From positions 1 through 64,000 of the forward strand of contig MU053859.1 in the NCBI GenBank assembly GCA_013239625.1: a stretch of DNA of 64,000 nucleotides, in the 5' to 3' direction. Source of the DNA: Lama guanicoe. Taxonomy: Eukaryota. Each line of letters opens with the position of its first letter. The stretch's first letter is position 1. The position numbers were made by a program, and so were the translations under genes. Below, one piece after another: positions 33,853-48,183 of this stretch. The notes beneath the pieces are model-generated. The model saw only the letters and a program-made list of their open reading frames with translations. It had not been told where the DNA came from and ran no database searches.

Positions 33853-36800
33853 GTAAGAACTTTTTCAGTTGTTCAGAATGAAGGTTATTTATGGAAATCA
33901 TGAAGCATGATGTTAAACAAAACTTTTGGAGACACCAATTAGGTTTTGTGATTTCTTCTACCAAGGGGGGAAAAATGCCTTTTTCAGTTAACTTCACCAG
34001 AAATAAAAATTATAATAAAATTCGGATTTGAAATGGACTGTTTGGTCCTTATAATTCAGATTCACTTTATCTATAATAGAGGAAGATTATCTGTGATGTA
34101 AATCTGTTCGAGATTTAGTTTCACTAAGTATTCAATAAGACCTGTACTGGAGATGTTAAATATGAACCACGGAGTCATTCAATGCCTAGAATGAATGCAT
34201 GGATCTGAAATAGTTAGCAAATGTTCATAATATTTTAAAAGATCATTTATGGGCCATGAATGGAGTCAAGATAAACTACACTTACTAGGAAAATGATTAA
34301 TAGTAGATTGATAATACTTAACAGCAGAACGAATATCTACCTCTCCTGCTCGTCTAAAACAATTGCTGATACCCTGAGGTTCTTCACGAGTTCCGGCAAT
34401 TTTAAAATGTACTAAAAAAAAAAAAAAAAAACCAAAACCTTAGAAAATAATTTGGTAATGTTGGAGGTATTAAATAGCAAGTTCAGAGTAGGTAAGATCC
34501 AAATTCTAAATCTAACAGGATAATCTTTTAAAGGTATTTCAACAGGGCTCCTTATATTCAAAATAGGGTGAGGCAGGGAGCAGTGTATGCAACAGTCAAA
34601 AATATTGTTGCAGTTCGTATTAGAATGCATAAATACTTTATTCCTCGTTTCTTGACAGTTTAATAATTCTGTCTAAGGTTCGATCAAAGAGAGTTGGGGA
34701 CAACAGGATCAAATATTAGACGATAATGTGAAAATATCTAAACTGAAAGATTTTTGGGGGGGTTAGGTTTTTTTAATTATTATTATTATTATTATGTATT
34801 TATTTTTTTTTAATGAAGGTACTAAGAATTGAACCCAGGGCCTCATGCATGCTAAGCACACACTCTACCACTGAACTATACCCTCACCCCTAAACCAAAA
34901 GTTTTAAGAATGCATTTTAGCCACTCATAAACCAGTATTAATTTCTGCCTTACATATCAACCAATCGTATGAATTTACACATTGTACATGTAAATTATAT
35001 AACACATACATATATGAGTTACTTAATATTATATAGTATGTATACTATTGTCTGTATTATATATAGACATATAATTCAAAATTACAAACACCATTGAAAT
35101 AGTAGTAGCTTATTGTGTGATATAATTCATTTTTAATTATTTTGTATTTTTAAAATATTTTATTTTCTTTTATTCTTTCTGCATATTGGTCTCTTATGAT
35201 TTTATTTCTACAGCTGTGAGCTAGGAAAAAAAGGGGATTCTATCCGGTTTTAAATTCGTTGGTCAGTCTGGATCTTTTATTTCTCCTTTGAGAAGATCAG
35301 AGTCAGAAATTGAGAGAAATTAGTTGTCAGTGAAGCTTCTTTGTACGGAAAATAATTGGAATCTTTATCTATTTAGATTACAACAGAGACAGATGTAAAC
35401 TATTTTCATTTCATTGCTAATTAAAGAAATTTTTGCTTGACCTTCCCTGAGATGTTATCTGTTTTTTTTTTATGTTCCTTAGTTGAATACATTATGAGGG
35501 CTGAACAACTTCTTTGAAATTCATGTTTAATACTAAATTCATTCTGGGAGATCAACATTTTCTGGGGTTTTTGTTTTTTGGATAATTTGTGCACTGTACA
35601 AGTATTGAGGATTGAGTAAAAGAAAAGAAAGAAGGAACTTATAAAGTGAAAGCTATTTATACTGAGTGCAAAAACTAGATTTTAGGGCTCAGGAACTAGA
35701 CAGATTAAATAGAGAATAAACATGCAGCAGGTTTAAATATGTACCTGCATATTCAGAAGTGCAGGACATTTCCAGTTCTTCAGTGCCTTACATCAAACTA
35801 AATTTCGCTCCAAGTCACCATCTCACTGAGCGGACAGGCTGTTTACATCTTGGTAATTGGATGGTAATGAAGCTGGAGAGTTACCTCCGGGGTTATTTCC
35901 CAAGTTTTGTGAGACACCAAAGCACCAAGCAGGTGCTTAGTCATCACTTTTCAGGGATTACTTAGAAGATATATGCCCCGACATGAATAACCCCTTTGGC
36001 TCTAGTTCAGCTACTTCTGTGCTAAACTTAAATGAAAGCCATGCTGTTTGTTTGCTACATTCATAGTACCTGCATCTTTGTTGAGACTGGTTGATCTGCA
36101 TGCAGGATCTAGCATCTCCGTCAAATGATCTACTACCTTGCCAGCCTGGTGATAGAAAGGACTCTTGCTATTAACTGTACGTGAAAATGATCGTTTCTCG
36201 TATTGTCAGGATGAGCCCTCCCTTCTCCATTTTTGTGGCTTAGTGGTATTTCCTCTTACTTAACACCTCTGTGAGTCTCAGAATCGGCCCTTTAATAAGC
36301 TAGATTTTTCTTTGGTTTTTATAAAATGAAACTGTTGCTGATTTCAGCAATCATTCTGAAGGAAAGGATGTCAAAACAGCCTGAAGACTTATGTGAAACA
36401 ATGAATAGGAAAATGTATTTAAAAAAATCTCTGCTAAATATGGTAATGAAGAATCTTCACCTCCCTCATACATAGTAATTGAAATATGGAGAGATGGGGG
36501 AGCTAACACAAGAAAAAACAGTAGCAAAAGCTTTGAAATAACAAATGAAAAAAATAACAAAAGCTTTTTTTTTTTAATTGAAGTATAGTCAGTTACAATG
36601 TGTCAATTTCTGGTGTACAGTATAATGTCCCAGTCATGCATTTTCATATTTTTTCATTAAAGGTTATTACAAGATACTGAAATATATTTCCCTGTGCTAT
36701 ACAGAAGAAATGTGATTTTTTCCCATTTTTATATATAGTGGTTATCATTTGCAAATCTTTTTTTTTAACATTTTTTATTGATTTATAATCATTTTACAAT

Positions 36801-39800
36801 GTTGTGTCAAATTCCAGTGTTCAGCACAATTTTTCAGTCATTCATGGACATATACACACTCATTGTCACATTTTTTTCTCTGTGATTTATCATAACATTT
36901 TGTGTATATTTCCCTGTGCTATACAGTGTAATCTTGTTTATCTATTCTACAATTTTGAAATCCCAGTCTATCCCTTCCCACCCTCCACCCCCCTGGTAAC
37001 CACAAGTCTGTATTCTCTGTCCATGAGTCTATTTCTGTCCTGTATTTATGCTTTGTTTTTGTTTGTTTGTTTGTTTTTGTTTTTGTTTTTTAGATTCGAC
37101 ATATGAGCGATCTCATTTGCAAATCTCAAACTCCCAAATTTATCCCTTCCCACTTCCTTCCCCACTGCAGCCAAAAGATTGTTTACTACGTCTGTGAGTC
37201 TGCTTCTGCTTTGTAGATGAGGTCATCAGTGTCCTCCTTTTTTCTTTTCTTTTTTTTTAGATTCCACATATGAGAGATATCATATGGCATTTAAAGCTTT
37301 CTCTTATTCAATTTCTGTTATAAACCAGATCTGAAAATGTAGCACATATATATCCTTTAATTAAAAAAAAGTGTTATTTAATGCTCAGTCTCTTAACGTC
37401 TGGATTTTAAAGTCCCAGAGTGTCATTTCCACCACATTCTATTGGTCAAAGCTAGGCACAAGACCAGTTCATACTCAAGTGTTGGGAAACACAGTAGACC
37501 TCTTGGTGGGAGGAGTAGCAGGATCCTATGTCAAAGGTGGGGTGGACACAGAGAGGCATGATTCTTTGGGGGCCATTTTTAACAATTTGCCACAGATGAG
37601 AACAACAAATTGTTAGCTGAAAACATTATAATATACAACAATGGGCACATGATGATTGTATTCATTCAAAATTATGTGTATTTGGCAGGGAGGTTATATG
37701 TGTAAAAATGGATTAAAGAGATATATGGATGGAAGGGTGTTAATGTCTCCAAATAGTGTAAATTTAGATTTATTTTAATTTTTTTTATACATCCACTAAG
37801 GAAAAAAAAATTGTTCAGCAAAAAGACCAACTAGTTCTTTACTAGGTGAAAAAGACAGAAAGAATAAATGTTCTCAATATATTTATAGTCTGTCTTAAAA
37901 TAGCTTCTATAATTTTTTACATTTCACAAAATTTTACAATAAGGATAAATACCTTATAATCATATGAAATAATAAAAATGTTTCATTTCAAACAACTTAG
38001 GTACTATATTTTTTCCTAAATGGACACTAATAAAAGAAAAACAATTCCTCATCATTTATTCTGTTCTATTGAATTTGCAGATGAAAGAATACAGAACCAG
38101 TAAAAAAAAAAAAAAAGGTGACTTGTCCAAGTTCCCTTTGCTCATTTGTGGCAAAAATCTCAATCCTAAATCTTTTAATTGTTTATTCTGTGACCTTTCC
38201 GATATACCATGCTGTCTATCCTTTAAAGTAAACTTTTTATTAATTATAGAGTAGATTTTCTTAGAAATATTCAAGGGAGGTTAGAATGTACTGATATTCC
38301 ACCACAGGGGAGGGAGACTGGAGGCCTGGAAGGTGACCCCAGGCCCGAGAAAATTCTACTCGAAAGAGTCATATAGATTTGATTGCTTGGACTATGGTAG
38401 TAAAATCCGTAATAACATCTGGATTGGCTATAACGATGTTCTGAGAAATTTCAGCCAAAAGGAAAAACCAGGTTTCTTTTCCATATGACAATGAAGTATG
38501 TTTTCTATCATCTGCTTGTGAACTATCAGAAAAAAATTGCCTAAAAAGGTTTGTTAGATATGGTTATGAATGCAAATTTAGTCTTTCTTTTACCTGTTTC
38601 TTAATCTATTTTTTTTCAGATATCAAGGACACATGCAAGAAGTACAGTGCCTGTGCTTTTATATTAGCAATACTTTTAGTTGCTAATATTGTTTTAATTG
38701 TTCTTCAAGGTGAGTACATTACATCCTTTATTTCTTCACTTACATGTTCCTTTTTCAGGGCTATCGTATGATCCTTTTTCTTTCTGTTTCAGTCATAAAC
38801 TTTTTTCTCAATATTCTCACTCCCTTCCCATTATCCATGATACATTTAATGTGTATCCATGGATGAATGATTACGAATTAATTACATGACCTACATAAGG
38901 CATGGAGAGATGTAAAAATGATTATGATGAAATTATTCACCCTGATGATCTCACCTTCCATACACTATCTCCATACCAGTGATAACCACCATCTTGACTT
39001 CTATTGCCAAAGGTTAGTTTTGTCCACTTAAATTTTTTCATGTGAATAAAATCATGCAGTTTTTATATATCCTTTGCCTCTTTCTTCTTTTATTCCACAT
39101 TATGCTTGAGTGATTCGTCTATGTTGTAACATACAGCAAAAGTTCATTGAGTCACTGTAAGAGAAGGATGGAAAATTTTTTACGTGAAGGGCCAGATAGT
39201 AAATAATTTAGGCTTTGCTAACCAAATGATCTCTGTTGCAATTAGTCAGCTCTGTATTTGTAGAGAAAAAAAAAAAGCCACAGAATACACATAATCAATT
39301 GAGCATGGCTATGTTTCAATAGACTTGAACATGAAAATTTGAACATTACATAATTTTCTCATGTGACAACATATTATTCCTCTTTTGATTATTTTTAAAT
39401 TATTTTTTATTATTTTGATTATTTTAACATGTAAGAACATTTTTACCTCCGAATTTGGCTTCAGGTTGTCGTTTGCAGATGCTTCCTGTGGAGTATTCCA
39501 TGCTGTGTATTAAATTGTTAATGATTCTACTCTTGATGGACATTTGGATTGTGCCACATTTTGACTACTGCTAAATGTGCTGCCTTGAACATCCTTATAT
39601 TTTTAGTCTTTTAGTGAATAGTGGATATCATTTGGGTTATATTTATGAGAAGGATTATTGAGGCATAGAGAATGCAGAGTCAGTTTCTGTAGACAATACC
39701 ATAGATAGTAGATAATCCAACCAAAAATGTCTGCAAAGGTCAGCTGCTCAGCATACATGTCAGCACTTTGTTAGTTTTACCCATTTTAGACATTCTGATG

Positions 39801-42800
39801 ACTGAGTGAGTGTGTTGGTACCATATTGTGACTTTGACATTTTCTTGATGACCAGTAATATTGTTAAGCTCCTTTTCATATTTATAGCTCATTTAACCAT
39901 AACGTTTTGTGATGGACACGTTCAAATACTTTCCCCACATTTTTATTAAGCTAGCTCTCTTTTTTGTTGTTGTTGTTTGATTCGTAAGAGTTCTTGTGTA
40001 TGCTAGAAGAAAACCTTCTGTGTATCTGTCTTAAATATCTCCTTCCATCGTGAAGCTTAGACTTCTGTATGATGTCTTTCAATGAACAGAGTTTTGTAAT
40101 TTTAAAATTGTATGTTTTTCTTTTTTCTTTTCTCTCTATTGTTACGACATTTTGCATCCTGTTTAAGAAATTTACTGTATTCTAAAGATATGAAGATATT
40201 GCTCTAGAGTTTCTACTATAATATTTTATTTAACTTCACATTCAGAGGTACAATTTTGAAATTGATTGTTAATGAATGTTAAAATATAGAAATCAAGATT
40301 TATACAGATGTGTATATATATACATATATTTAATTCAGCTAGTCTTTTAATCTGGAATAATTTATTGAAAGTCCAGATTTTACAGTTACTCCTGGTGTTG
40401 TACTTACACTGAGTCTGGAAAAATTTATAAACCTGTACCCATCCTTATGGTATCATACAGAGTATCTTCATTGTCTTAAAAATCCTCTCTGCTTTACCTA
40501 ATTATCTGCCCCCTATCCCGTCCCCTGACAATCACAGATCTTTTTATTGTCTCTGTAACTTTGTCTTTTCCAGAGCGTCATATAGTTGGAATCTTACAGT
40601 ATGTGGCTTTTACAGATTAGCTTTTTTCACTTAGTAATATGCATTTAAGGATCCTCTGTGTCTTTTTATTTCTTTTTTGCCCTGAATAATATTCTACAGT
40701 CTGGATATACCACAGTTTATTTATACAATTACCCTCATTGAAGGGCATCTTGGTTGCTTCCAAGTTTCAGCAATTGAGAATAAGACTGTTAACATCCACG
40801 TGCAGGTTTTAGTGTGGACATAAGGTTTCAACTCTTTTGGGTAAATACTGAGGAGTGCAATTGCTGGATTATATGATAAGAGTGTGTTTAGTTTTGTAAG
40901 AAACCACAGGACTGTATTCCAAAGTGCCTGTACAATTTTGCATCCTCACCATCTACGAATGAATATTCCTGTTGCTCCACGTCCTCACCAGCAACAGGAA
41001 ATCTAATATGTGTCTTATTAGTTATATATTGTTTTATTATTTTCATTGCTTTCTTAGAGACTAAAACACATATCCCAGATTTATAGCAGTCTAATATAAA
41101 TCAGTCTTTTTATTACAGTCAGATAACGATAGAATTTCATTGTATTTCATTTACCCAGAATCGGTAAGTGACTTCACACGAGAGAAATCACAGTTTGCTC
41201 TAAGACGGCCTATGTATCACTGAGTTTGAAGTTGAAAGGGATGCGGGTTCCCTGTCAAATTCTGCACTGCTGTCATTTAACTTAGCAGGAGTTTGTTTTT
41301 TAGCTTGTTATGTGACATAGTTATATAATTCTGACCATGATCATAATCTTGTACATCACAATCTTGTCTTTCTTCAATGATCTCAAAACACAATGATGCA
41401 TTACTTCATCTGGTCCTTAAAATATGTATTTGTCTTATTTCCAGTTAAAATAGCTCAAGGTGCTAGGCACTATTGCCCGGATAATTGGATTGGTTCCAAA
41501 GATAAATGCTACTATTTTTCTAAAGAAGAGAAAGATTGGAATTCTAGTAGATACAACTGTACCTCTCAACATGCTGACCTAGCTGAGATCGACACTGCAG
41601 AAAAGATGGTAAGTAATTTAAAATGCATTCCTTATGAATTATATTGAGTAGAGACACCGGAAATATTCAAATGTCATTATGATTTTAAAAACTTTCCAGA
41701 CATGCCTGTCTATATAGGCAGAATGTTGAAGATGTTCAGAATATGCCACGGGAGATACAATCGAAAAGCCCAGTGATGTTTTGTTTGGATAATATGAGAC
41801 TTACATCAAGTAGTGGACCTGAGAGCTAACTTTTGTGTTTTAAGGGATATAAAGAGAAGAGCTTGATAATATTTTGAAACTTTTTAAAATCACAAAGAGA
41901 AAATTGCCTCAGGAAGAATGAAATTCTCCGTTTCACACCCTTTGAGGAAACTTCCTCTGACTTCGCAGTCTTGCTTTGCTGTCTCGGGGGTCCCGCGGCA
42001 GCCTCCCCGTCCCACTACCAGCAAGGCAACAGATGTGTCCCTGCAAGTTTCCCCCGAGGCTGAAGTACGAGTTTCCAGAGTGCAGACACCGTATTTTATT
42101 TGAAATTGTGTCCATTGCTGTAGCATAAAGGCAGGCACAAAATAAGAGCTTAATGGATCTTCGCTGAATAAATATTGATTTACATAGAGAAATTTTATAA
42201 GTCAGGAGCATCCCCAAGAACTTTCATACGGGACTGTGAGACTCTGTACCACTGCGCTTGTGAAATCTGTTCTTTCCCTGGGTGACTTACGTGGCAAACT
42301 TATGTTTTACTTTCGTTTAGTCTCTTTAAAAGTCAAAGGTCAATGTAAGACATAATTAGCTTAGTTAAAATATTTGTATGTGAATAATGTGCAATTAAGA
42401 TGTGTTTAAGCGTAAAGCAGCACAACATAGCAGTCAACACTGTTAAAAGAGAATTGTGTATTACTTTTATGGTGAACAAAGTACATTTATGTAATCTACC
42501 TGAGAGTTGGTTCAGACTTAAAATAGATATGAACTAGGTTGCGGCAATTTATAGATCACTGCAAAGAAACTTTACAGAAGCAACAAAAGACATGGAAATC
42601 TGAATAAAATGTGAAAAACTAGGTAGAGAGCAGACACAGCATATAAGTAAAATGTAGGCTTAATTTAATAGAAATAGCTTCTGTTGTCAATAATTTCACT
42701 GTTGAATTTTACTAGAGTCTTGAAATGAACGTTCTGAGAAATCCTTAAACTTTTACACTTCCTTTTGGGGAGAAAAAAAGCTAAATTTGCAGTGAGATGA

Positions 42801-45710
42801 AAAAATAATGAGTGACAAACAGAATGAGGTCTTTACCTCATACGATATCTGTTGACAGAGGGTTAAAAGTGATGTACAGAGGAATTTTAAAGGACACTTT
42901 ATTTTAAATAGTTTAATAAAGTATTATATATGTTTACTTACATTGCAAAATACTAATTTCAGTTACAATGAGATGCCACTTGTTTCATGAAATTTTTCCC
43001 ATTTTATTTGCAACGATTCGGAATTATGTTGCCTTTTTAAGAAACAGCGACATGGTCTATCCTTTACTGAGCAAATAATAAGCAATATTTCTCACAGGAC
43101 ATGCTCTAGGAAATACACCTCCCATTTTCTTGTCACCAAGATCACAACTACTGAACCTCATCCAGTTTTCCCAATTATCTGGTAACATGTATCCTATTGG
43201 TTTCCAAAGCATTTATCCTTTCTTACATTTTTTTTTCTGCCTTAAAACAAGCTCCCTGCTACAACTAGAGGATGAATTTTCCTTTTCTCCCTGGATGTCT
43301 GTGTTTATCATGGAATCTTCTGCTCTTCCCTTCCAGATCCATCTCTGAGAGCACGTGCTATGGGAAAGTCTCCCAGAAAAACTCAGATGATTCTTCCTGT
43401 AAACTAAAATTTCCCTTTGTGTTTATTTTACTCACAATCTTCTCATCTAGTAGAATACTTTCTAACTCTACGTTTACATAAATTTCCTCACTATAATTGA
43501 AACCCTGTGAAGCCAGGGACACTGCTTTATTAACCTGTTCCTTTGTAAACCCACAGTTTACTCCCAGTGAATTGAATTTTTTTAAATAACTTCATGAAAT
43601 GCTATAGAAGATGGTATATTAAAATGCCAAAGTTTACCCAGTGTTATTATTATCAGTTAGGAATGGACCACAGTGTTGTGATCTGTCGTAATTCCTTTAT
43701 ATTTATCATAAAATTGAAACATGGAATGATACAAGGTCAAGCTTATGGTTTCCCAGCTATTTAGTGGCAGAACAGACTGAATAACTTTCTGTGTATAATA
43801 TAATTTTATGGTGAAAAAAAGGAGGGGTCTAAGGTAGCAAAAAGTTTCAATATTGAATGAGTAAGGAGAAAAGGAGAAATATCAGGAAAAAAATAAATTT
43901 TTCCCTGAATGGTATCTTCAGAAATCTAAAAGTTTAACCAAAAAAAAAAAAAGAATTTTTGAGAATTAGATTCTAAAGGAACTGGATAAATCATGTGTGC
44001 ATGTGTGTGAGCATGTGCCCAAGTGTGTGTGTGTGTGCACGCGCGCACGTGCCTGTGAGAGTTTGGGAGAAATTAAAGTAAAATATTACATTAAACTCAA
44101 TATACTAGTATTTCCTGGGAAGTGAAAAAACATTATTTAAAATATCTGATGATTAGGAAGACTGTGCAAGGACTCAGCTGAAAATTCTAGCTTTCCAGGA
44201 GTTTACAGTTTAAAAATCCTGGAGGAATAGATTTTCAACTTGAATATTTACCAATTTAGAATCAAAAGTATCAAGAAAAGTGATCTCATGGCCTTTTTTT
44301 CACATATGAGAAAACTGAGGCTCAGAGGGTAAAATGCTTTTTCAAGGTCGCAGACCTATTTTGTGGTAAAGCCAGGAAATGAACCTCTGTCACCTTACTC
44401 TTCACAACCTGCAAAGCGAGAGGGACGTGATAAGTTGTAGTGAAAACTGACCAGTAAAATTATGAAATTTATTTTGTCTCTAAAGGAGTTTCTTATGCGC
44501 TTCAAGTGCAGTTGGGATCACTGGATTGGGCAAGTTAAGACGGAAATTCAAACAGGACAGTCGATTGATGGAACTGTATTTAAGAATTGGTGAGTTTCTT
44601 TCTTTCTGGGACTATTTAAACTTATGTAATGTAACCGCCTCCACAACCTGTCCTTCAGCTCCATTTCTCTAGTGGCCACAATCAGCGTGCATGTAGGAAA
44701 AATGAACGAGGGAAGATGTAACATGGATTGAGATCCGTTCCAAGAGTCAGCCAGAGAGGCTGGAAAACAAGACATAAGGGGAAAGACCTCTTAGTTGGTT
44801 ATTTTGAAAATAAATACCTGAGATTCATATACCCAGTTTAAAAAAAAATTAAGCTTTTGCTTGATTTTAACCTATTTTCTCCAATTTTATAGCTATTCTG
44901 CAAGCTTTATGCTACCTATTTGCTGACATCTCTTACAATTCAGATTACATTTGTTTATTTTAACCTGCTTTTATTTGCACTGATCGTACAGTTTATCCTG
45001 GACTTCAAACCTTCCATTTTACAGTATGGAAAATTGGATCTGAAGAACTGAGTTCACGGCACACATGACCCCAGTATAACCATCCCAAATGGTGACTGCC
45101 GGCCACTTAGCCACTTAGTTTATATTAGAATTTCTCAGTAACAGCACAGCTGACATTCTGGACTGAATAATTCTTTGCTGTGTTGAGGGAGCACTTTCTT
45201 GTGCATCATAGGATGTGAACAGCATCTCTGGGCCTCTACCCACTGGATAATAGCAATTACCCCTGCCGCGCTCCACTCGTGACAGCCAAAAATGCCTCCA
45301 GGTATTTCCAAGTGTCCCTCGCAGGGGTGGGTGGAAGGCAAGATCACCCCGGGGTTAAGAACCACTGGTTTATAATACTGGTGGCTCCACTCGTTACATG
45401 TAACTTTATGTCAGTTTAACAAATATAAATTCTTGGAAGGGAGACTCAGTTTGGTACAGACATTAACCCTAGCAAGAGAAGACTGTGTCACAGCGTATTT
45501 TTTCAGAACTCTGGGCAGATAATATTTTTTTAAAATATGGCATTGACAAAGGGAGAAATCACAGGACTCCCTAGTACATAATGTTTAACTTTTTATTGTA
45601 GGGATCTTGCGACAAGAAATGAAATATGTACTTACCTTAATGAAAATGGTCTTGCAACAGCCAGATGTTACACAGAGAGGAAATGGATTTGCCAGAAGAA
45701 AATAGGCTGA
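33777..45710 (+). CDS. CLEC2B: CLEC2B (AICL) gene, 5 coding exons, 180 aa, open frame
   Basis: Exons 33777-33852, 38620-38709, 41445-41608, 44486-44589, 45602-45710 sum to 543 nt; KCYYFSKEE.DWNSS.YNC..QHADL, KCS.DHWIG and ATARCYTERKWIC match human AICL as recalled; tail-to-tail with KLRF1. Confidence 0.92.
34755..34890 (-). mobile_element. tRNA-derived SINE in CLEC2B intron 1
   Basis: attgaacccagggcctcatgcatgctaagcacacactctaccactgaactata, same family as 1114-1230. Confidence 0.8.
36567..37292 (-). mobile_element. LINE-1 3' end with a younger L1 3' end nested at 36759-37112
   Basis: Inner 14-bp TSD tcatttgcaaatct (36745, 37113); outer TSD aaagcttt. Confidence 0.85.
38620..38709 (+). CDS. CLEC2B: CLEC2B exon 2 (transmembrane)
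   Basis: ttttttcag acceptor, gtgagt donor; 90 nt; DIKDTCKKYSACAFILAILLVANIVLIVLQ. Confidence 0.88.
38940..41000 (-). mobile_element. Old LINE-1 fragments with MER58-like DNA element at about 39165-39485
   Basis: L1 antisense motifs; aagggccagatagtaaata...ttaggctttgc is MER58-like; boundaries approximate. Confidence 0.6.
41445..41608 (+). CDS. CLEC2B: CLEC2B exon 3 (CTLD 1)
   Basis: tttccag acceptor, gtaagt donor; KIAQGARHYCPDNWIGSKDKCYYFSKEEKDWNSSRYNCTSQHADLAEIDTAEKM. Confidence 0.93.
44486..44589 (+). CDS. CLEC2B: CLEC2B exon 4 (CTLD 2)
   Basis: tctctaaag acceptor, gtgagt donor; EFLMRFKCSWDHWIGQVKTEIQTGQSIDGTVFKN(W). Confidence 0.9.
45127..45368. mobile_element. hAT-Charlie MER20-like element
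   Basis: gacattctggactgaataattctttg...ggcctctacccact...gtgacagccaaaaatg...ttaagaaccactg. Confidence 0.7.
45602..45710 (+). CDS. CLEC2B: CLEC2B exon 5 (CTLD 3)
   Basis: ttattgtag acceptor; DLATRNEICTYLNENGLATARCYTERKWICQKKIG then TGA. Confidence 0.92.
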
Positions 45711-46857
45711 ATAAGAATGGATTGAAAACTATGAGTAAGATGGTTTTAAATATCTGCATCCTTTCTTCCTTTCTCTTTGAATAATTTTCAACATTTCTTT
45801 GCTTTACTATTATAGCCTGATAATATATCTCGATGATTCTTAAAGCAATTTCCTTATTATTTTTTTACTTTTCAAATGGCCTGGATCTTTTCTTTTCTAT
45901 ATCAATTTTAGAAGAATCTGGTAATTTCACAGTCTCTATAGGTCAGTTTGGGTACTGTTGTATTTATATATTATTTTCTTATTTATTTGTATGTCTTGCA
46001 TTGATTTTTGTCTTCTAATTTACAGGTTTTCTAAACAATTACTACATATTATTTATCATATGTGTCCCTGCTATACATGTCTAATGTTTTGGCTGTTGCA
46101 ACAATGTAATTTTATTATATTTCTATATAGAAATGCAACTGTTTTGGGCATTCTTGTCCTGTTCAACATACATTTTGAAAATTCTTAATTTTGAATGATT
46201 TATGGCTTCATTTAAATATTATAAAACACAGCATTTAGTAATAGTCATTTTTATTTTTTTCCTGCCTTATATAACAACTACTTATTTCTAGTCTAATTAA
46301 AATGGATAGGACTGCCAGGACAATATTCATGGTAAATATTCTAGACTCGTTCCACATTTTAAAGAAAATGCTTCTAATATCTCAACATTAGTAGTGTTGT
46401 GTCTAGTTTTTTATATCCTTTCTTTTTAAAGTTAAGGCATTTCTTTTCTACTATTTTCTAAGAGAATTTTTTTTGTAGGAGGAGATTGTCCATTTTATTA
46501 AATATGCTTTTCTTCCAGCACCTAGTTCGTCTTCCTTAATCTTTTAATGTAGCAAATGACATAACTTTCTATTGTTAAAGAACTACTTTGCATTCCTAGA
46601 TAAAATTCAACTTGGTCATGATGTGATATCATACTTAATCTAGATAGATTAATTCTGATATTTGTTTTTTAATGTTCTTACTTTTAAAATCATGAGTGTG
46701 ATCACCCATTTCTACTGTCCAGTTACTTAGACATTTAGAGCCTTTACCACCCTTGTAAAACTTTCCCAAGGAAAGCAGGGATTATGTTTTAAATAATTCG
46801 GTGAAGACATGGTCGGAAGATGTGTTGCTTTCCAGTTACGCCATAAAATTGTGAATG

Positions 46858-47309
46858 ATAAGAGCGATCTCATATGGTATTTTTCTTTCTGTTTCTGGCT
46901 TTCTCCAGGAGCATCCGTGTTGCTGCAAATGGCATTATGTTGTCGGTTTTTATGGCTGACTGGAATCTGAACAAACAAACAAATAAACAAACAAACAAAC
47001 AACAAAGAATAAATACAAAACAGAAATAGACTCATAGACATAGAATACAAACTTTTGGTTGCCAAGAGGGTGGGGCGTGGGAAGGGATAGACTGGAATTT
47101 AAAAATTGTAGAATAGATAAACAAGATTATACTGTATAGCACAGGGAAATATATACAAGATCTTATGGTAGCTCACAGAGAGAAAAATGTGACAATGAAT
47201 ATATATATATGTTCGTGTATAACTGAAAAATTGTGCTCTACACTGGAATTTGACACAACATTGTAAAATCATTATAAATCAATAAAAAATGTTAAAAATA
47301 AATAAATAG
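46858..47309 (+). mobile_element. Young 5'-inverted, truncated LINE-1
   Basis: 15-bp TSD ataaaattgtgaatg (46843, 47310); about 46858-46960 antisense, 46961-47309 sense with A-rich tail. Confidence 0.85.
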
Positions 47310-48183
47310 ATAAAATTGTGAATGGTAAATTTAACGTGTCTAGACAATTAAGTATGATTCACATTTTTCCGTGTATTTTTTTTTATTACATTTGCATCTG
47401 TGATCTTTGGTGAAGAACACTAGCAACTTTTGAGAGAGTTGCTGGAAAAGAATATGCTTGTATATCATGTTGTACTGATGTAGCTAGCATCAAATAATGG
47501 TGCTGAGGAGCTGCAAACTCAAGAAGATTCATGTTGCTTCAGTTAAAACACAGATTTCTAATTTTCTCATGGTGTGAGAAATGGAATTAGGAAAGACACA
47601 TTTGGCAATAAAGAAGGCAGAGATGGTCTCTGCCTCTGAAGGAAGAAAGGGTGTGTGGGCTACAACCTGTATGTACCCTCACTGGACAATAAGCAAATAT
47701 AGAATCACTCCCCTCTTTCCATTATTCTGAATTGTTATTGATAAATAATAGCACTTCTCATGGGTTCATGAATTCTGCAATGCACTTTAATCAAAGTGTT
47801 TGTTTAAACAAAGACCCTGCAAAAAATGTTTGCCCAGGATCTGTCAAATATATATATACATACATACACATTCTGATTTCTGTATTTTAACATTCATAAC
47901 AATTAATTTCAAAATTGTACCTCTGAATGTGAAATTAAATAAAATAATACAGTAGAAAGTCTAGAGTAATATCTCCATATCTTTAAAATACAATTTTACA
48001 AAACCAATACCCAGCAGTCAGTAATTACACAGGGTCTTTGCAGTTAAGGGTCAATTATAATTTTATTTAGTTTTAATACTTGAGCATGTATGATATGAAA
48101 AAGTATACAGTCTATTCCACGTGATGGAAGTGATTTTTGTAAACTTTCAGTCATACATAGGTGTAATAAAGTTTCCTTTCTTC

